DNA of 64,000 bases, from NCBI GenBank assembly GCA_947258655.1, contig CAMYJD010000018.1, positions 3,294 to 67,293 of the forward strand. Reading direction: 5' to 3'. The position numbers and the translations under genes are program-made. Source of the DNA: an uncultured Gammaproteobacteria bacterium (GTDB lineage Bacteria > Pseudomonadota > Gammaproteobacteria > JAADHQ01). A model generated the notes under the pieces. It had not been told where the DNA came from. It searched no databases and saw only the letters and a list, made by a program, of their open reading frames with translations. Of this stretch, positions 18,840-29,698 are shown piece after piece (position 1 is the first letter of the stretch; every line of letters starts with the position of its first letter).

Positions 18840-20159
18840 TTAAAAGGCACCCTTGGTCCTGAAATACAGGCGATCCTTTTTATCCTCAAGGTTGTAGGCA
18901 TACTCCAGACTCAGGTCCAGTTTAACAAAGCCCTTTATGCGCCAGCGCAAGCCCAGGCCGGTCGCCCATTTCAGGTCGGACAGATCGACATCACTGCTAT
19001 TGGCATAGGCATTACCTGCATCCACAAATAACAGGCCACGCACATACTTCCTGTCGAATACGGGGCGCAGGTATTCGATATTCAGCAATACAAAGGCATC
19101 CCCGCTGACCGCATCATCATAGGCACGCAGGTCACCATAGCCACCAATATCATAGACATCCTCGCCAAGATTGTTCGAATCTCCGCCCGAGAAACCCAGT
19201 CTGGCCTGGATATTCAGATTATGATGCGCCTCGTGCAAGGGTAAAAAACGGCGGTAATAAAACAAATGGCGATTGAATTTATAATCCGAGCCGAGAAACG
19301 TCAGCCCCTGCTCGACACTGTATCCGTATTGAACACCGGTGCGGCTGTAAAGATAGTCATGGACATCGATATAACTGATCTCGCCCAGAATACTCACCGC
19401 ATGATCATCGATATAGGCATCATTGAGCCCGGACACATAACGATAATCATGCTCCTCGACATGTACACCAAGGCCCATCAACCAGCCACTAGACGGCCCT
19501 TTTTTTTTCCACCAACGCGACACGAAAAGGCGCGCATCGATATTGCTCTGTTCGTATTCCGCAACAACAGTGCCCGACTGTTGAGCCTGCAATGGCGAAC
19601 GCACGACACTAAATGAAGTACTTAGATTGTATTTGCTGCCGTTGATCTTCGGGTAGACATATTCCAGACCCAATTCATCCTGTTTGCCATGATTGGCTTT
19701 TTCCGGATCACTCTGGATATAAGTCAGTTTGAGGCGCTGATTCAGGCCGGCAACGTTATTAATGGTCAGGCGGGCGCCGGGTTTTATTTCGTTTGTATCA
19801 CTGTCCTGTGAAAAACGCGGCAACAACAGCACATAGTGTTTTTCTTTAACCGTGAATACGACCACGCCCGCTTCACTGACAACGACGGCCACAGATATGA
19901 ACAGCCCCAGGTCCATGATCGACTGTCTCGAGTCCTGCAGGCTAGCCTTGTCGACAGGGTCACCGACCTTGATCGTCAGCTCCTGGCGTAGCACGCGCTC
20001 TTTAGTGACATTGTTGCCAATGAATCGTATCGCACTGATGGTGTCTGCCTGCGCCTGCACAGCCGATATCGACAGCAGCAAGTAAACTAATAACAACCAA
20101 CATGTAATATAACGAACAGAAATACTCAACAATCCACACCCACAGGAACAGCAATGCAT
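18840..20159 (-). CDS. Omp85-family outer-membrane protein with single POTRA domain
   Basis: Signal peptide, POTRA-like 'ISAIRFIGNNVTKERVLRQEL', beta-barrel ending in aromatic '...RTKGAF'. Confidence 0.55.
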   Translation of the reverse strand: MHCCSCGCGLLSISVRYITCWLLLVYLLLSISAVQAQADTISAIRFIGNNVTKERVLRQELTIKVGDPVDKASLQDSRQSIMDLGLFISVAVVVSEAGVVVFTVKEKHYVLLLPRFSQDSDTNEIKPGARLTINNVAGLNQRLKLTYIQSDPEKANHGKQDELGLEYVYPKINGSKYNLSTSFSVVRSPLQAQQSGTVVAEYEQSNIDARLFVSRWWKKKGPSSGWLMGLGVHVEEHDYRYVSGLNDAYIDDHAVSILGEISYIDVHDYLYSRTGVQYGYSVEQGLTFLGSDYKFNRHLFYYRRFLPLHEAHHNLNIQARLGFSGGDSNNLGEDVYDIGGYGDLRAYDDAVSGDAFVLLNIEYLRPVFDRKYVRGLLFVDAGNAYANSSDVDLSDLKWATGLGLRWRIKGFVKLDLSLEYAYNLEDKKDRLYFRTKGAF

Positions 20160-20162
20160 ATA

Positions 20163-21047
20163 TCAGAATAACAGCATTCGCACACCAATTAACAGTAGTA
20201 ATAGCGCAAATATTCGCTTCAGAACCTGGACAGGCAGACTGTGTGCCCATTTCGCACCCACAGGTGCAGCGATGACAGTGCCGGCCGAGATCGCAATGAA
20301 AGCCGGCCCGTATACATAACCCAGGCTGGCGTCCGGCAAGGCCTGTTCATCCAGCCCGAGGATGATATACGAGATGACGCCTGACAATGCAATCGGAAAG
20401 CCACAGGCTGCTGACGTTGCAACCGCCTGCCTGATACTGCGCTGACACCAGATTAGAAAAGGCACCGTTAACGTCCCTCCACCGATGCCGAGTATGGCCG
20501 ACACGCTGCCGGTTATCAGTCCGGCAGCCGACAGGGTCGTCGCACCTGGTTGTGTTATCGCCGCGGCAGGGCGTACGGACAGGCTCATCTGGATCGCAAC
20601 GAAAATCTCGAATAACGCAAAAATATTTTTCAGTACATTGTAAGGCAACAGCTCGGCCACATTCGCACCAACCACGGCACCGACCAGAATCCCCGGTGTC
20701 AACAGGCCCATGTCCCGCCATAATACCGCGCCACGACGGTGGTGAGCATAGGTGGACAGGATCGAGGTCATCAAAATAGTCGCAAGCGAGGTCGCTATCG
20801 CCAGATGCATCAATTGGGACGACTCAAAACCCTGGTAGGCAAACATCATCACCAATGCCGGGACGATGAGCAAACCCCCACCCACGCCGAGCAAACCCGC
20901 CAGTATGCCGGCCACAACACCCAGAACAAGATACAATGTGATTATCACGGCAAGGTCTTTTGTTTGTTCATGTTCGAGTGAAACGTGTCTTCGTAAATCT
21001 ATGTTAGTAATGCTTCCTGTTTTACTGACAACTGACGCAAAAGGCAA
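20163..21047 (-). CDS. TauE/SafE family sulfite/anion exporter
   Basis: Duplicated 4-TM halves with 'GxGGG' motifs (LGVGGGLLIVP / LGIGGGTLTVP). Confidence 0.75.
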   Translation of the reverse strand: MPFASVVSKTGSITNIDLRRHVSLEHEQTKDLAVIITLYLVLGVVAGILAGLLGVGGGLLIVPALVMMFAYQGFESSQLMHLAIATSLATILMTSILSTYAHHRRGAVLWRDMGLLTPGILVGAVVGANVAELLPYNVLKNIFALFEIFVAIQMSLSVRPAAAITQPGATTLSAAGLITGSVSAILGIGGGTLTVPFLIWCQRSIRQAVATSAACGFPIALSGVISYIILGLDEQALPDASLGYVYGPAFIAISAGTVIAAPVGAKWAHSLPVQVLKRIFALLLLLIGVRMLLF

Positions 21048-21195
21048 ACCTGGCGTTCCATTTCACAGAACCAGCATCAATCCGCATCGGGATTGATTCC
21101 GCGCATAAAAAACCAGCCAATGTGGCCGGTCTGGATACTGATACAGAATTACTGGCGTGTAATAATGATCAGGCAGGGCAGATTTCACGCCGCAG

Positions 21196-21960
21196 TCAAT
21201 GACCCTGCTGACGCATCATCTCCTGAATCTTTTTTTGCATCGCCGGATCCATTTGTCCGGGCGCACCTGGAGGCATCGCGCCACCCATGGCCTCCTTCAT
21301 TTTCTGCTGCATGCTGATCTTGCGATATCCGGCCGGCATAGTAAACCCGCCCGGCGGCAATGGCGCATTTTTGACAATACGCCTGACCTTGTCGCGAATC
21401 TTGCCGCTGCGGTCCAGGGTACCCAGAGGGAGACCCAGCTTCTGCAGACGCTGTGCAAAAAGTAATTCAGCGCGATCACATTCATTCATGAACTCGCTAC
21501 CCATAGGATTAAAATCCAGCTTGGCCATGGCCTCCATTAACGAGCCAAGATTGGTGTCCTTTAATGCCTTGGCTGAAACCAGAGTCGTATCACAGGTACG
21601 TCCGTTTACGATCAACGCATACTTTTGGGTAGGATATTTGGCAACGATCGGGCCGTTTCCCAAATGCTTGACCCTGACATTCAGCCCCTTGGTATGATTT
21701 GAGTGAGCGCTGGCAGACTGACTGGTAATGATGATTTCCTTTTCCTCGGGATTGATTAATGCCACCTCTCCTTTCGCGTAATCAGCGACAACAAATTCGC
21801 CGCCCTTTCCGGTATGCATGCGCATCTTACTGCCTTCGACCCACATTTTCTGCACACCATCATCGCTGTCTTCCGTCTCGATCAGGGTCGCAGCATGCAC
21901 ATGTGTTAACGCAAACAACAAAACAACAGACAGGCCCATAGCTGTGAACTTGGGTTTCAT
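21196..21960 (-). CDS. hypothetical periplasmic protein
   Basis: Internal ATG (MKPKF..) with AAGGAGG RBS and signal peptide. Met/Pro/Gln-rich C-terminal tail. Confidence 0.5.
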   Translation of the reverse strand: MKPKFTAMGLSVVLLFALTHVHAATLIETEDSDDGVQKMWVEGSKMRMHTGKGGEFVVADYAKGEVALINPEEKEIIITSQSASAHSNHTKGLNVRVKHLGNGPIVAKYPTQKYALIVNGRTCDTTLVSAKALKDTNLGSLMEAMAKLDFNPMGSEFMNECDRAELLFAQRLQKLGLPLGTLDRSGKIRDKVRRIVKNAPLPPGGFTMPAGYRKISMQQKMKEAMGGAMPPGAPGQMDPAMQKKIQEMMRQQGH

Positions 21961-22065
21961 GAACAACCTCCTTATCGAACCTAGGTAAATGATAGTGCCC
22001 CGATTATACGAGCGTGATTCTGCTAAAAACAAGACACAGTTCACTAAAAGCCGGCCCAAACGCCA

Positions 22066-23292
22066 TTAAACGACAAGGGTTTTTATTAGCTTGAAAGCGA
22101 CAAAACCCGAAGCTGTTAACAGCCCCATAACAGGTATAAACAAAGGATAAACTCTGACCCCAAGTGGTGCCGGCGCACGCCGCTTGATTGCTATCAGTGC
22201 GGCATTTATCAGTATAAAGACGATCAGAATAACAAAACTGGTATTTTCTGCCAATGAAGAAATATCAAAAAACAGCGCTAATAGCATGACTGTCAGCGCT
22301 GCCAGTGATGTCGATATAATCGGCGTACGCGTGCGCGAGTGTACACTGCCAAACAATGGCGGCAACCATCCCTTGCGACTGAGTCCATACATGATACGTG
22401 AAACCATAATAATCTGAACCAATGCGCCATTAATCACAGCGAACAGACCGATTGTGGAAATGACCAGGGGTTCCTTTCCGGTATAGTGCTGGTAGATCAA
22501 TGCCAGTGGCGCATCGCTGGCGGCCAGTGCCCGCGCCGGCACGCCTAACACCGCCACCAGCGCGACTAGAAAATACAGTAACGCAGATACCACCAGAGCA
22601 ATGATGATCGCATTCGGCATCGTCCTCTGGGGGTTTTTCACTTCCTCGGCCACATTGACCATATCCTCAAAGCCGATATAGGCATAGAAAGCCAGCAGCC
22701 CTCCCCAGAAAATACCAAACCATACGAGGGAACTGGCGTCCGGTGTTAACTCCGGCACTCGGGATGCCACTGTAAACAGATCAGCGCGTCCGCTCCACAG
22801 GATCAACAGCAGTCCCACTACTTCCAGCAAGGTCAGCAGTGCCGCGATACGCACCGACTCGACAATGCCCCAGATCGCAAAGGCACACAATGATGAAACA
22901 ACGATAATGATCGTCAACTCTCGTGGCGCATTGATGAAAACATTCGCATAACCCACAAAACCCTGTACGATCGCAGCGCTGGACAACACGCCGGCCAGCA
23001 CAATCAATAGCCCCACGCCCTGGGACAGGACACGCAGGCCAAAGGCCTCATGCAAATACACAGACTCACCTGCACTGAATGGATAACGCGCCGACAACTC
23101 AGCATAGGAAATCGCACTGAATACGGCCAGCAGTGATGCCAGTAGAAAAGACAATGGGGCATACATACCGGCAACAGCAACGACCTTGCCGACCAGCACA
23201 TAGATACCGGCACCGAGGATATTACCGAGGCCATAGAATGTTAGTAACGGCAGCGATAAACTGCGCTTCAGGCTTGTCTTGCGTTGCATCAA
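22066..23292 (-). CDS. APC-family amino acid permease
   Basis: 12-TM protein. 'GAGIYVLVG' signature of amino-acid/polyamine/organocation transporters. Confidence 0.75.
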   Translation of the reverse strand: MMQRKTSLKRSLSLPLLTFYGLGNILGAGIYVLVGKVVAVAGMYAPLSFLLASLLAVFSAISYAELSARYPFSAGESVYLHEAFGLRVLSQGVGLLIVLAGVLSSAAIVQGFVGYANVFINAPRELTIIIVVSSLCAFAIWGIVESVRIAALLTLLEVVGLLLILWSGRADLFTVASRVPELTPDASSLVWFGIFWGGLLAFYAYIGFEDMVNVAEEVKNPQRTMPNAIIIALVVSALLYFLVALVAVLGVPARALAASDAPLALIYQHYTGKEPLVISTIGLFAVINGALVQIIMVSRIMYGLSRKGWLPPLFGSVHSRTRTPIISTSLAALTVMLLALFFDISSLAENTSFVILIVFILINAALIAIKRRAPAPLGVRVYPLFIPVMGLLTASGFVAFKLIKTLVV

Positions 23293-23329
23293 TTTATTCT
23301 GACGTTAGTGGAAACCGGTATGATTTTTA

Positions 23330-24694
23330 TTATCGAATCCATATGGTCTTGGCATTGACGAATTCGCGGATTCCGTGCACCGAAAGTTCACGCCCATATC
23401 CGGATGCCTTGACACCCCCGAATGGCAAGCGCGGATCACTTTTGACCATACCGTTCACAAAGGCGCAACCGCATTCGAGTTGGCGCGCGACCCTTTCACC
23501 GCGCTCACTGTCGGCGGTCCACACACTGCCGCCAAGGCCATAACGACTGCCGTTGGCGATCCTTATCGCATCCGTTTCACCGCTGGCGCGGATAACGATC
23601 GCAACCGGACCAAACAACTCCTCGTCATAGGCGCGCATACCCGGCTTTACATGATCGAGTATCGAGGCCTGGTAATAGGCTCCCGGATGGTCCTCGGGTG
23701 CACAACCTGTCACTGCAACCGCACCGGCTGTGATTGTGTCCAGCACCTGTTGATGTATTTCGTCGCGAAGATCATGACGCGACATCGGTGCAAATGTCGT
23801 GTTTTCATCCATCGGATCACCGGGCACGAGGCCCTGTACTGCCCGGCGGAAGGATTCAACAAATGTATCGGCAATTTCCTCGACGACAATAAAGCGTTTG
23901 GCCGCAATACAGCTCTGGCCACTATTGAGATAACGGGACATCACGGCCTGAGCGACCGCTAACTCCATATCAGCATCCTCGAGCACGATAAATGCATCCG
24001 AGCCACCCAGTTCGAGTACGGATTTTTTCAATGCCTTGCCAGCAGTAGCGGCAACCGCCATACCGGCAGGTTCACTGCCGGTCAGGGTCACGGCATGTAC
24101 GCGCGGGTCCTCGATGACGTCAGCCACCATCGATGCGGGTATCATCAGGGTGCGGAATACATTGTCAGGAAAGCCGGCCTCACGAAAGATATCCTCGATC
24201 GCCAATGCACATGCGGGCACATTGGAGGCATGCTTGAGCAGGCCGACATTACCGGCAACCAGACCGGGTGCGGCGAAGCGGAAAACCTGCCAGAATGGAA
24301 AATTCCATGGCATAACGGCCAGCACGGTGCCGAGTGGCTGATAGGCGACCAGACTGCGGCCGGCGTCAGACTCTATCATTTCATCGGCAAGGAACTGTGG
24401 CCCCTTGTCTGCATAGTATTCACAAACCGCTGCGCATTTTTCGATTTCTGCGAGCGCATCCTTCAGTAATTTGCCCATCTCCAGCGTGATCGTCCTCGCC
24501 AGTTCATCCTTGCGTTGACGAAGCACGGATGCAGCCGAGCGCATCAAATCACAGCGCTCGGCAATTGGGCGCGAGGACCAAGCCGGGCGTGCCTCAGCAG
24601 TGGCATGCAGTACTCGCTGCAGATGGGCATCATCCCAGGTATCGTATACTTCTATCGTCTCGCCATTGGCCGGATTAATCGATCGCATGCTCAT
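23330..24694 (-). CDS. NAD(P)-dependent succinate-semialdehyde/aldehyde dehydrogenase
   Basis: ALDH family motifs (catalytic Cys 'GQSCIAAKR', 'ELGGSDA'). Confidence 0.75.
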   Translation of the reverse strand: MSMRSINPANGETIEVYDTWDDAHLQRVLHATAEARPAWSSRPIAERCDLMRSAASVLRQRKDELARTITLEMGKLLKDALAEIEKCAAVCEYYADKGPQFLADEMIESDAGRSLVAYQPLGTVLAVMPWNFPFWQVFRFAAPGLVAGNVGLLKHASNVPACALAIEDIFREAGFPDNVFRTLMIPASMVADVIEDPRVHAVTLTGSEPAGMAVAATAGKALKKSVLELGGSDAFIVLEDADMELAVAQAVMSRYLNSGQSCIAAKRFIVVEEIADTFVESFRRAVQGLVPGDPMDENTTFAPMSRHDLRDEIHQQVLDTITAGAVAVTGCAPEDHPGAYYQASILDHVKPGMRAYDEELFGPVAIVIRASGETDAIRIANGSRYGLGGSVWTADSERGERVARQLECGCAFVNGMVKSDPRLPFGGVKASGYGRELSVHGIREFVNAKTIWIR

Positions 24695-24814
24695 TGTTTT
24701 TATCCCGTTTCCGATTGTTTATTGTCGCAATATGATTTATTAGTAGTAATATAGTATAAATCGGCCGGTTATAGTGAAAAAACATTCAATCATTGCGCAG
24801 TCAGGAACAGTACC

Positions 24815-25792
24815 ATGCAATATAAAACCGTAGGTATTCTGGGTGGAAGTGGCTTTGTTGGCCAGCATCTGTCCACCATGCTCTCAAGCAAGGGTTATCG
24901 GGTTCACATACTATGTCGTCAACCACGCAGACACCCCGAACTGGCACTAATACCTGGCACCGACATAACAAAGGGCAATTGTTTCGATATGGCGGAACTG
25001 GAGGCCTTTTGTCGTAATGTGGATGTCATGATCAACCTTGTTGGCATACTCAATGAAAAACGCGACAACGGCCAGGGCTTCGATCGAGCACATGTCGAGC
25101 TTGCTCACAGGCTTGTGCAGGCCTGTGAAAAAACCGCTGTGCACAGGTTGCTGCAGATGAGCGCATTGAATGCCAGCAAGGATGGCGGCAGCTACTACCT
25201 GCGCAGCAAGGGCGAAGCCGAGGACTGGGTCCATCAGGCAGCCAGACACGGATTGCAGGTCACCAGTTTCAGGCCATCCGTGATCTTTGGCCGCAACGAC
25301 TCCTTTTTCAACCGCTTCGCCGGCCTGTTGAAACTGATGCCGTGGCTGTTCCCGCTGGCATGCGCGCAAAGCCGCTTTGCCCCGGTGTATGTCGGTGATG
25401 TCTGCCAGGCCTTCGCCCATGCCCTCGAAGATCCTGACACCATTGGCCGGCATTATGATTTATGTGGGCCTCATGTTTATACGCTAAAGGAGCTGGTAGA
25501 ACTCACGGCCGCTATGCTGGACCTGAAGCGCAAGGTCATTGGCCTGCCCGACCTGTTATCACGACTGCAGGCACGTATGCTGGGTCTGGTGCCCGGCAAG
25601 CCCTTCAGTATGGATAATTATCGTTCACTGCAAACCGATAGCGTATGCGCGGACAATGGTCTGGCCATGCTGGATATTGAGGCGCAATCGATAGAAGCCA
25701 TCGTACCCGCCTATCTGGCCAATGCCAATCGCAAGGGGCGCCTGGATCAATACCGCAAGCTTGCGCCGTTTGCGTACAGAAAAAAAGACTAG
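24815..25792 (+). CDS. NAD-dependent epimerase/NmrA-like (complex I NDUFA9-like) family protein
   Basis: N-terminal Rossmann motif 'ILGGSGFVGQHL'. Confidence 0.65.
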   Translation: MQYKTVGILGGSGFVGQHLSTMLSSKGYRVHILCRQPRRHPELALIPGTDITKGNCFDMAELEAFCRNVDVMINLVGILNEKRDNGQGFDRAHVELAHRLVQACEKTAVHRLLQMSALNASKDGGSYYLRSKGEAEDWVHQAARHGLQVTSFRPSVIFGRNDSFFNRFAGLLKLMPWLFPLACAQSRFAPVYVGDVCQAFAHALEDPDTIGRHYDLCGPHVYTLKELVELTAAMLDLKRKVIGLPDLLSRLQARMLGLVPGKPFSMDNYRSLQTDSVCADNGLAMLDIEAQSIEAIVPAYLANANRKGRLDQYRKLAPFAYRKKD

Positions 25793-26865
25793 TTCGCCAT
25801 CAGTGTATGCAGATAGGCCTGTCTTGTGGATATCTCCATTTCCATCAGGCGCTGTATTTCCCGGTAAAAGAGCCTGAGGTCACCGTGCTGCTGTGACAGG
25901 ATTTTATTGAATGCCGGCAGATAGTCGTAATAGGTCGCGACCGATTGCACTTTGGCATTATTAACCCCCGAGAATATCCATCTATCATAGGCATCATAAC
26001 CGCCCCATTGTTCGCGTAATTCCAGGTAGCGACGACGCAACTGTCTGAAGATATCAAGCTTGGACGCAAACATCGTTTCCTGAGACAGACCGGAGCTGTA
26101 CAGGTCAGTCAACTGTTCACGCGTAGCCAGAATCAGGCGAATAAATTCCTGTTCCCGCCTGGACTCCAGCAGGTAGCGCTGATAATCCTGACTGTGCCGA
26201 CGTTGCGCCATCCATCTGCGCAGACCCTCCTGCTCGATGGCCCTGGCCAGGGATTCATTAAATACGGTATCACCGGGGATGTAGAACTTCTGATGGGCCA
26301 GCTCATGGAATAGAGTACCAACGAGATCGTAATTCTCCCAGTGCATCATCGTGTTCATGACAGGGTCATCAAACCAGCCCAATGTGGAATAGGCCGGCAC
26401 GCCGGCCACATAGACATCGTAACCCTGCTTTTGCAGTGCATCTGCATAGGCACGCGCAGGCACCGGGGAAAAATAATTGCGGTAACTGATACAGCCGACA
26501 AAGGGATAACACCATTGCTTCGGTTCCAGTGAATAGGGGGGCGTAACAAATACATTCCACAAGGCATATGGCCGGCCAAGGTCGGCGTAATCGCTATAGC
26601 TGTCATTGTCGGGCAATAACAGTTCACGCACGGCAAACACACGCGCTTTCTGTATCATCTTCAGACGCTGGCGCACACGTTGATCCACAGCCGGATCGGT
26701 GACGACCGTATCAATGGGCCGGCGTTTTTGCAATAATTCCATTTGCCCGCCGATAGCCTGGCGATAATAGGAAAGACTCGAACAGGCGTTTAGTGCAAAC
26801 GTGGAAAGCAGCAATATCAGCAGCCGCGTCACTGTGCTTGTTGTGTATGAGCCGAGAATATGCAT
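25789..26865 (-). CDS. lipoprotein, predicted zinc aminopeptidase (DUF2265-like, HELAHQ)
   Basis: Lipobox 'LNAC' and 'HELAHQ' metallopeptidase motif. Start set at the internal ATG (MHILGS). Confidence 0.6.
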   Translation of the reverse strand: MHILGSYTTSTVTRLLILLLSTFALNACSSLSYYRQAIGGQMELLQKRRPIDTVVTDPAVDQRVRQRLKMIQKARVFAVRELLLPDNDSYSDYADLGRPYALWNVFVTPPYSLEPKQWCYPFVGCISYRNYFSPVPARAYADALQKQGYDVYVAGVPAYSTLGWFDDPVMNTMMHWENYDLVGTLFHELAHQKFYIPGDTVFNESLARAIEQEGLRRWMAQRRHSQDYQRYLLESRREQEFIRLILATREQLTDLYSSGLSQETMFASKLDIFRQLRRRYLELREQWGGYDAYDRWIFSGVNNAKVQSVATYYDYLPAFNKILSQQHGDLRLFYREIQRLMEMEISTRQAYLHTLMAN

Positions 26866-27072
26866 ACTTTGTGTTTTATATACCGTTAACCCTGTTGATA
26901 CCGACATCATGACACAATACCTTACTCTGCAGGCAACAAACCGACAACACTTGCAAACCCTTCCGTTGTGCACTCCCATTTCGTCTTGCCGCGACCACCA
27001 AAGCAACATTACCAAGCATAACAGATTAATCTCGCCGTACTGCAGCCAATCAGGCAAGGGACGGCAGCCATC

Positions 27073-28338
27073 ATGAAAGTATATCTGGTAGGTGGTGCGG
27101 TACGCGACAAGTTACTGGGACTGCAGCCACGCGAATTCGACTGGGTTGTCGTCGGCAGCACGCCCGCGGAGATGCTGGCGCTGGGCTACGAGCAGGTTGG
27201 CAAGGACTTCCCGGTTTTCCTGCATCCGCAGACACATGATGAATACGCGCTGGCACGCACGGAAAGAAAGACCGGCCCCGGCTATACCGGCTTCGAGGTC
27301 CATGCCGCGGCGGATGTGACACTGGAACAGGACCTGAAACGCAGGGACCTGACCATTAATGCGATCGCCGAGGATAAAGACGGCAATCTGTTTGACCCTT
27401 TTCATGGTCGCGACGACCTGGATGCCGGCCTGCTCAGGCATGTATCCCCTGCTTTTAGTGAAGACCCGGTCAGGATCCTGCGTATTGCGCGTTTTGCCGC
27501 GCGCTTTGCCAAATGGGGCTTTCACGTGGCCCATGGCACCAATAAACTGATGCGCGACATGGTCGCTGCCGGCGAGGTCGATGCCCTGGTACCCGAGCGC
27601 GTCTGGGCGGAAACTGAAAAGGCCCTCGGTGAAGACCATGCCGAACGTTTTTTTCAGGTCCTGCGCGGATGCGGCGCACTGGCCAGGGTATTTCCGGAGA
27701 TCGATGCGTTGTTCGGCGTACCGCAACCGGAAAAACACCACCCCGAAATCGATACCGGCGTCCATGTCATGATGGTCCTGCAACAGGCCTGCCTACTTAG
27801 CGATGACAAACAGGTACGTTTCGCCGCACTGATGCATGACCTCGGCAAGGGCACAACACCGGCTGACATTTTGCCCGGTCACCACGGTCATGAAAAACGC
27901 GGCATAGATCTGCTGGAGGCACTATGCGAGCGTATCAAGGTACCTAATGAATATCGTGATCTGGCCATCATCACCTCCCATTACCATACCCATTGCCACC
28001 ATGTCGATGAACTGAAGCCTGCCACGGTCCTCAGGGTGCTGGAGGGCACGGATGCCTTCCGGCGTCCGCAACGTTTTGAACAATTCCTGCTCGCCTGCAC
28101 GGCCGATGCCAGAGGGCGTAGCGGGCATGAGGATGATGAATACCCGCAGGCGCACAGCTTGCGACAGTCGCTCCAGGCATGCAATGCAATCGACAATCAG
28201 GAGTTATTACAACGCGGCTACGAAGGCAAACAGTTTGCCGAGGCATTGCGCCAGGAACGTATCAACAGGATCCGTGATGTACAGAAAAAGTTCACCGCCG
28301 CTAATACAGATAATCCGCCGGGAGATGGTGGAGAGTGA
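27073..28338 (+). CDS. cca: multifunctional CCA-adding tRNA nucleotidyltransferase with HD domain
   Basis: 'GGAVRDKLLG' polymerase-beta motif plus HD phosphohydrolase domain (HDLGK). Confidence 0.85.
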   Translation: MKVYLVGGAVRDKLLGLQPREFDWVVVGSTPAEMLALGYEQVGKDFPVFLHPQTHDEYALARTERKTGPGYTGFEVHAAADVTLEQDLKRRDLTINAIAEDKDGNLFDPFHGRDDLDAGLLRHVSPAFSEDPVRILRIARFAARFAKWGFHVAHGTNKLMRDMVAAGEVDALVPERVWAETEKALGEDHAERFFQVLRGCGALARVFPEIDALFGVPQPEKHHPEIDTGVHVMMVLQQACLLSDDKQVRFAALMHDLGKGTTPADILPGHHGHEKRGIDLLEALCERIKVPNEYRDLAIITSHYHTHCHHVDELKPATVLRVLEGTDAFRRPQRFEQFLLACTADARGRSGHEDDEYPQAHSLRQSLQACNAIDNQELLQRGYEGKQFAEALRQERINRIRDVQKKFTAANTDNPPGDGGE

Positions 28339-28383
28339 CAAACATGGAGACAATGACATATGCAGGTCCTTGACCTGCGCTTG

Positions 28384-28788
28384 TCATGATTTCTTCAACA
28401 CCCTACTCTCAAACCACAGCAACAAACGATCCATACCCAGCGTGGCCGCCAGCCAGCCCAACACTATGCCACTCGTATTGGCCATCATGTCGGCCAGCTC
28501 GAAAACTCTAACACCACCCAGGCCCTGCAGATATTCAAGCCCAATACCCATCGCAACGAATAACAGCGCATACAGCAGACGCGTCCCCTTACCTGTGTAT
28601 AACTGCATGAACCACAACATCAGGCAGAAATAACCGAGCGTATGACTGACCTTGTCATTGAAGAAACCACCGACAACCACTGATCCAGTCGTCGTCAATG
28701 ACAGATAGATAATCAGACACACCATGGTCCAGCCGATAAAAACCCAGACCTGGTGAAAACGTAAGTTACTGCTTTCTCTACGGGACAT
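28384..28788 (-). CDS. VanZ family membrane protein
   Basis: Small 4-TM protein with VanZ-like 'DKVSHTLGYF' motif. Confidence 0.55.
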   Translation of the reverse strand: MSRRESSNLRFHQVWVFIGWTMVCLIIYLSLTTTGSVVVGGFFNDKVSHTLGYFCLMLWFMQLYTGKGTRLLYALLFVAMGIGLEYLQGLGGVRVFELADMMANTSGIVLGWLAATLGMDRLLLWFESRVLKKS

Positions 28789-29605
28789 CTGTGAAAAACC
28801 CGGGCTGCAGGAATACCAGATAAAACAGCACGCCCCCGAGTAAAAATCGATAGACTACAAACGGAAACATGCCGATACGCTCAAGCAATTTGAGAAAAAA
28901 GTGAATACAAAGATAGGCACTGATCGCCGACACCACGGTACCGAGGGCGAGCATGTCCCAGGCAATGGCGATATCGCTTTGCAGCAACTGCAGTGACAGA
29001 TAGGCGCCTGCGAGCAGGATTATCGGTATCGACAACAGAAACGAAAAACGTGCGGCAGCTTCACGGGTCAGTCCCAGCATCAGACCTGCCGTCATGGTAA
29101 TACCCGAACGGGATGTGCCCGGTATCAATGCTATCGCCTGGGCGATACCTATGAACAGCACATCGAACCAGCCTACGCTGTGCTCGTTACGCCGGCGTTT
29201 GCCATTGACATCGGCCCACCATAACAGAGCACCGAACAATACCGTCGTTATCGCGATGACCAGCGGTGAGCGTAAGTACAATTCAATCAGATCTTTCATG
29301 AACAGGCCGGCAAGCCCGGCCGGTATTGTGCCAAACAGAACCGCCCATGCGAGGCGGCTTTCGCCGACAAGTTCACGCGTCTGTACCGACTTGAACCAGT
29401 CGACCGCCATCAATTTCAATTCATGGCGAAAATAGCTGACCACCGCGATCAGGCTACCGATATGCACGGCGACATCGAACGCCAGCCCCTGATCGCGCCA
29501 GCCGAACAGGTTGGGCAGTAGAATCAGGTGCCCTGAACTCGATATCGGCAAAAATTCAGTCAAGCCCTGCAATAGCGCAAGGTATATCGCATGTAATTGA
29601 TCCAT
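28778..29605 (-). CDS. uppP: undecaprenyl-diphosphatase UppP/BacA
   Basis: 'LLQGLTEFLPISSSGHL' and 'PGTSRSG' signatures. Confidence 0.9.
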   Translation of the reverse strand: MDQLHAIYLALLQGLTEFLPISSSGHLILLPNLFGWRDQGLAFDVAVHIGSLIAVVSYFRHELKLMAVDWFKSVQTRELVGESRLAWAVLFGTIPAGLAGLFMKDLIELYLRSPLVIAITTVLFGALLWWADVNGKRRRNEHSVGWFDVLFIGIAQAIALIPGTSRSGITMTAGLMLGLTREAAARFSFLLSIPIILLAGAYLSLQLLQSDIAIAWDMLALGTVVSAISAYLCIHFFLKLLERIGMFPFVVYRFLLGGVLFYLVFLQPGFFTDVP

Positions 29606-29698
29606 CGGATTTTTATTCTATGACCGTCTTGTTAATCTGGAAATAAGGATCGTAGTGACCCATGATAGCGTAGCTTGTAACGCGCCACTACTCTTTTA

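Noticed and set aside
18840-21047. Possibility that the Omp85/POTRA protein plus the TauE gene form a two-partner secretion or toxin system
   Set aside because: No TpsA-like large exoprotein or haemagglutination-domain gene is adjacent. The barrel protein is too short for TpsB (one POTRA, about 400 aa), and TauE/SafE is a common standalone exporter.
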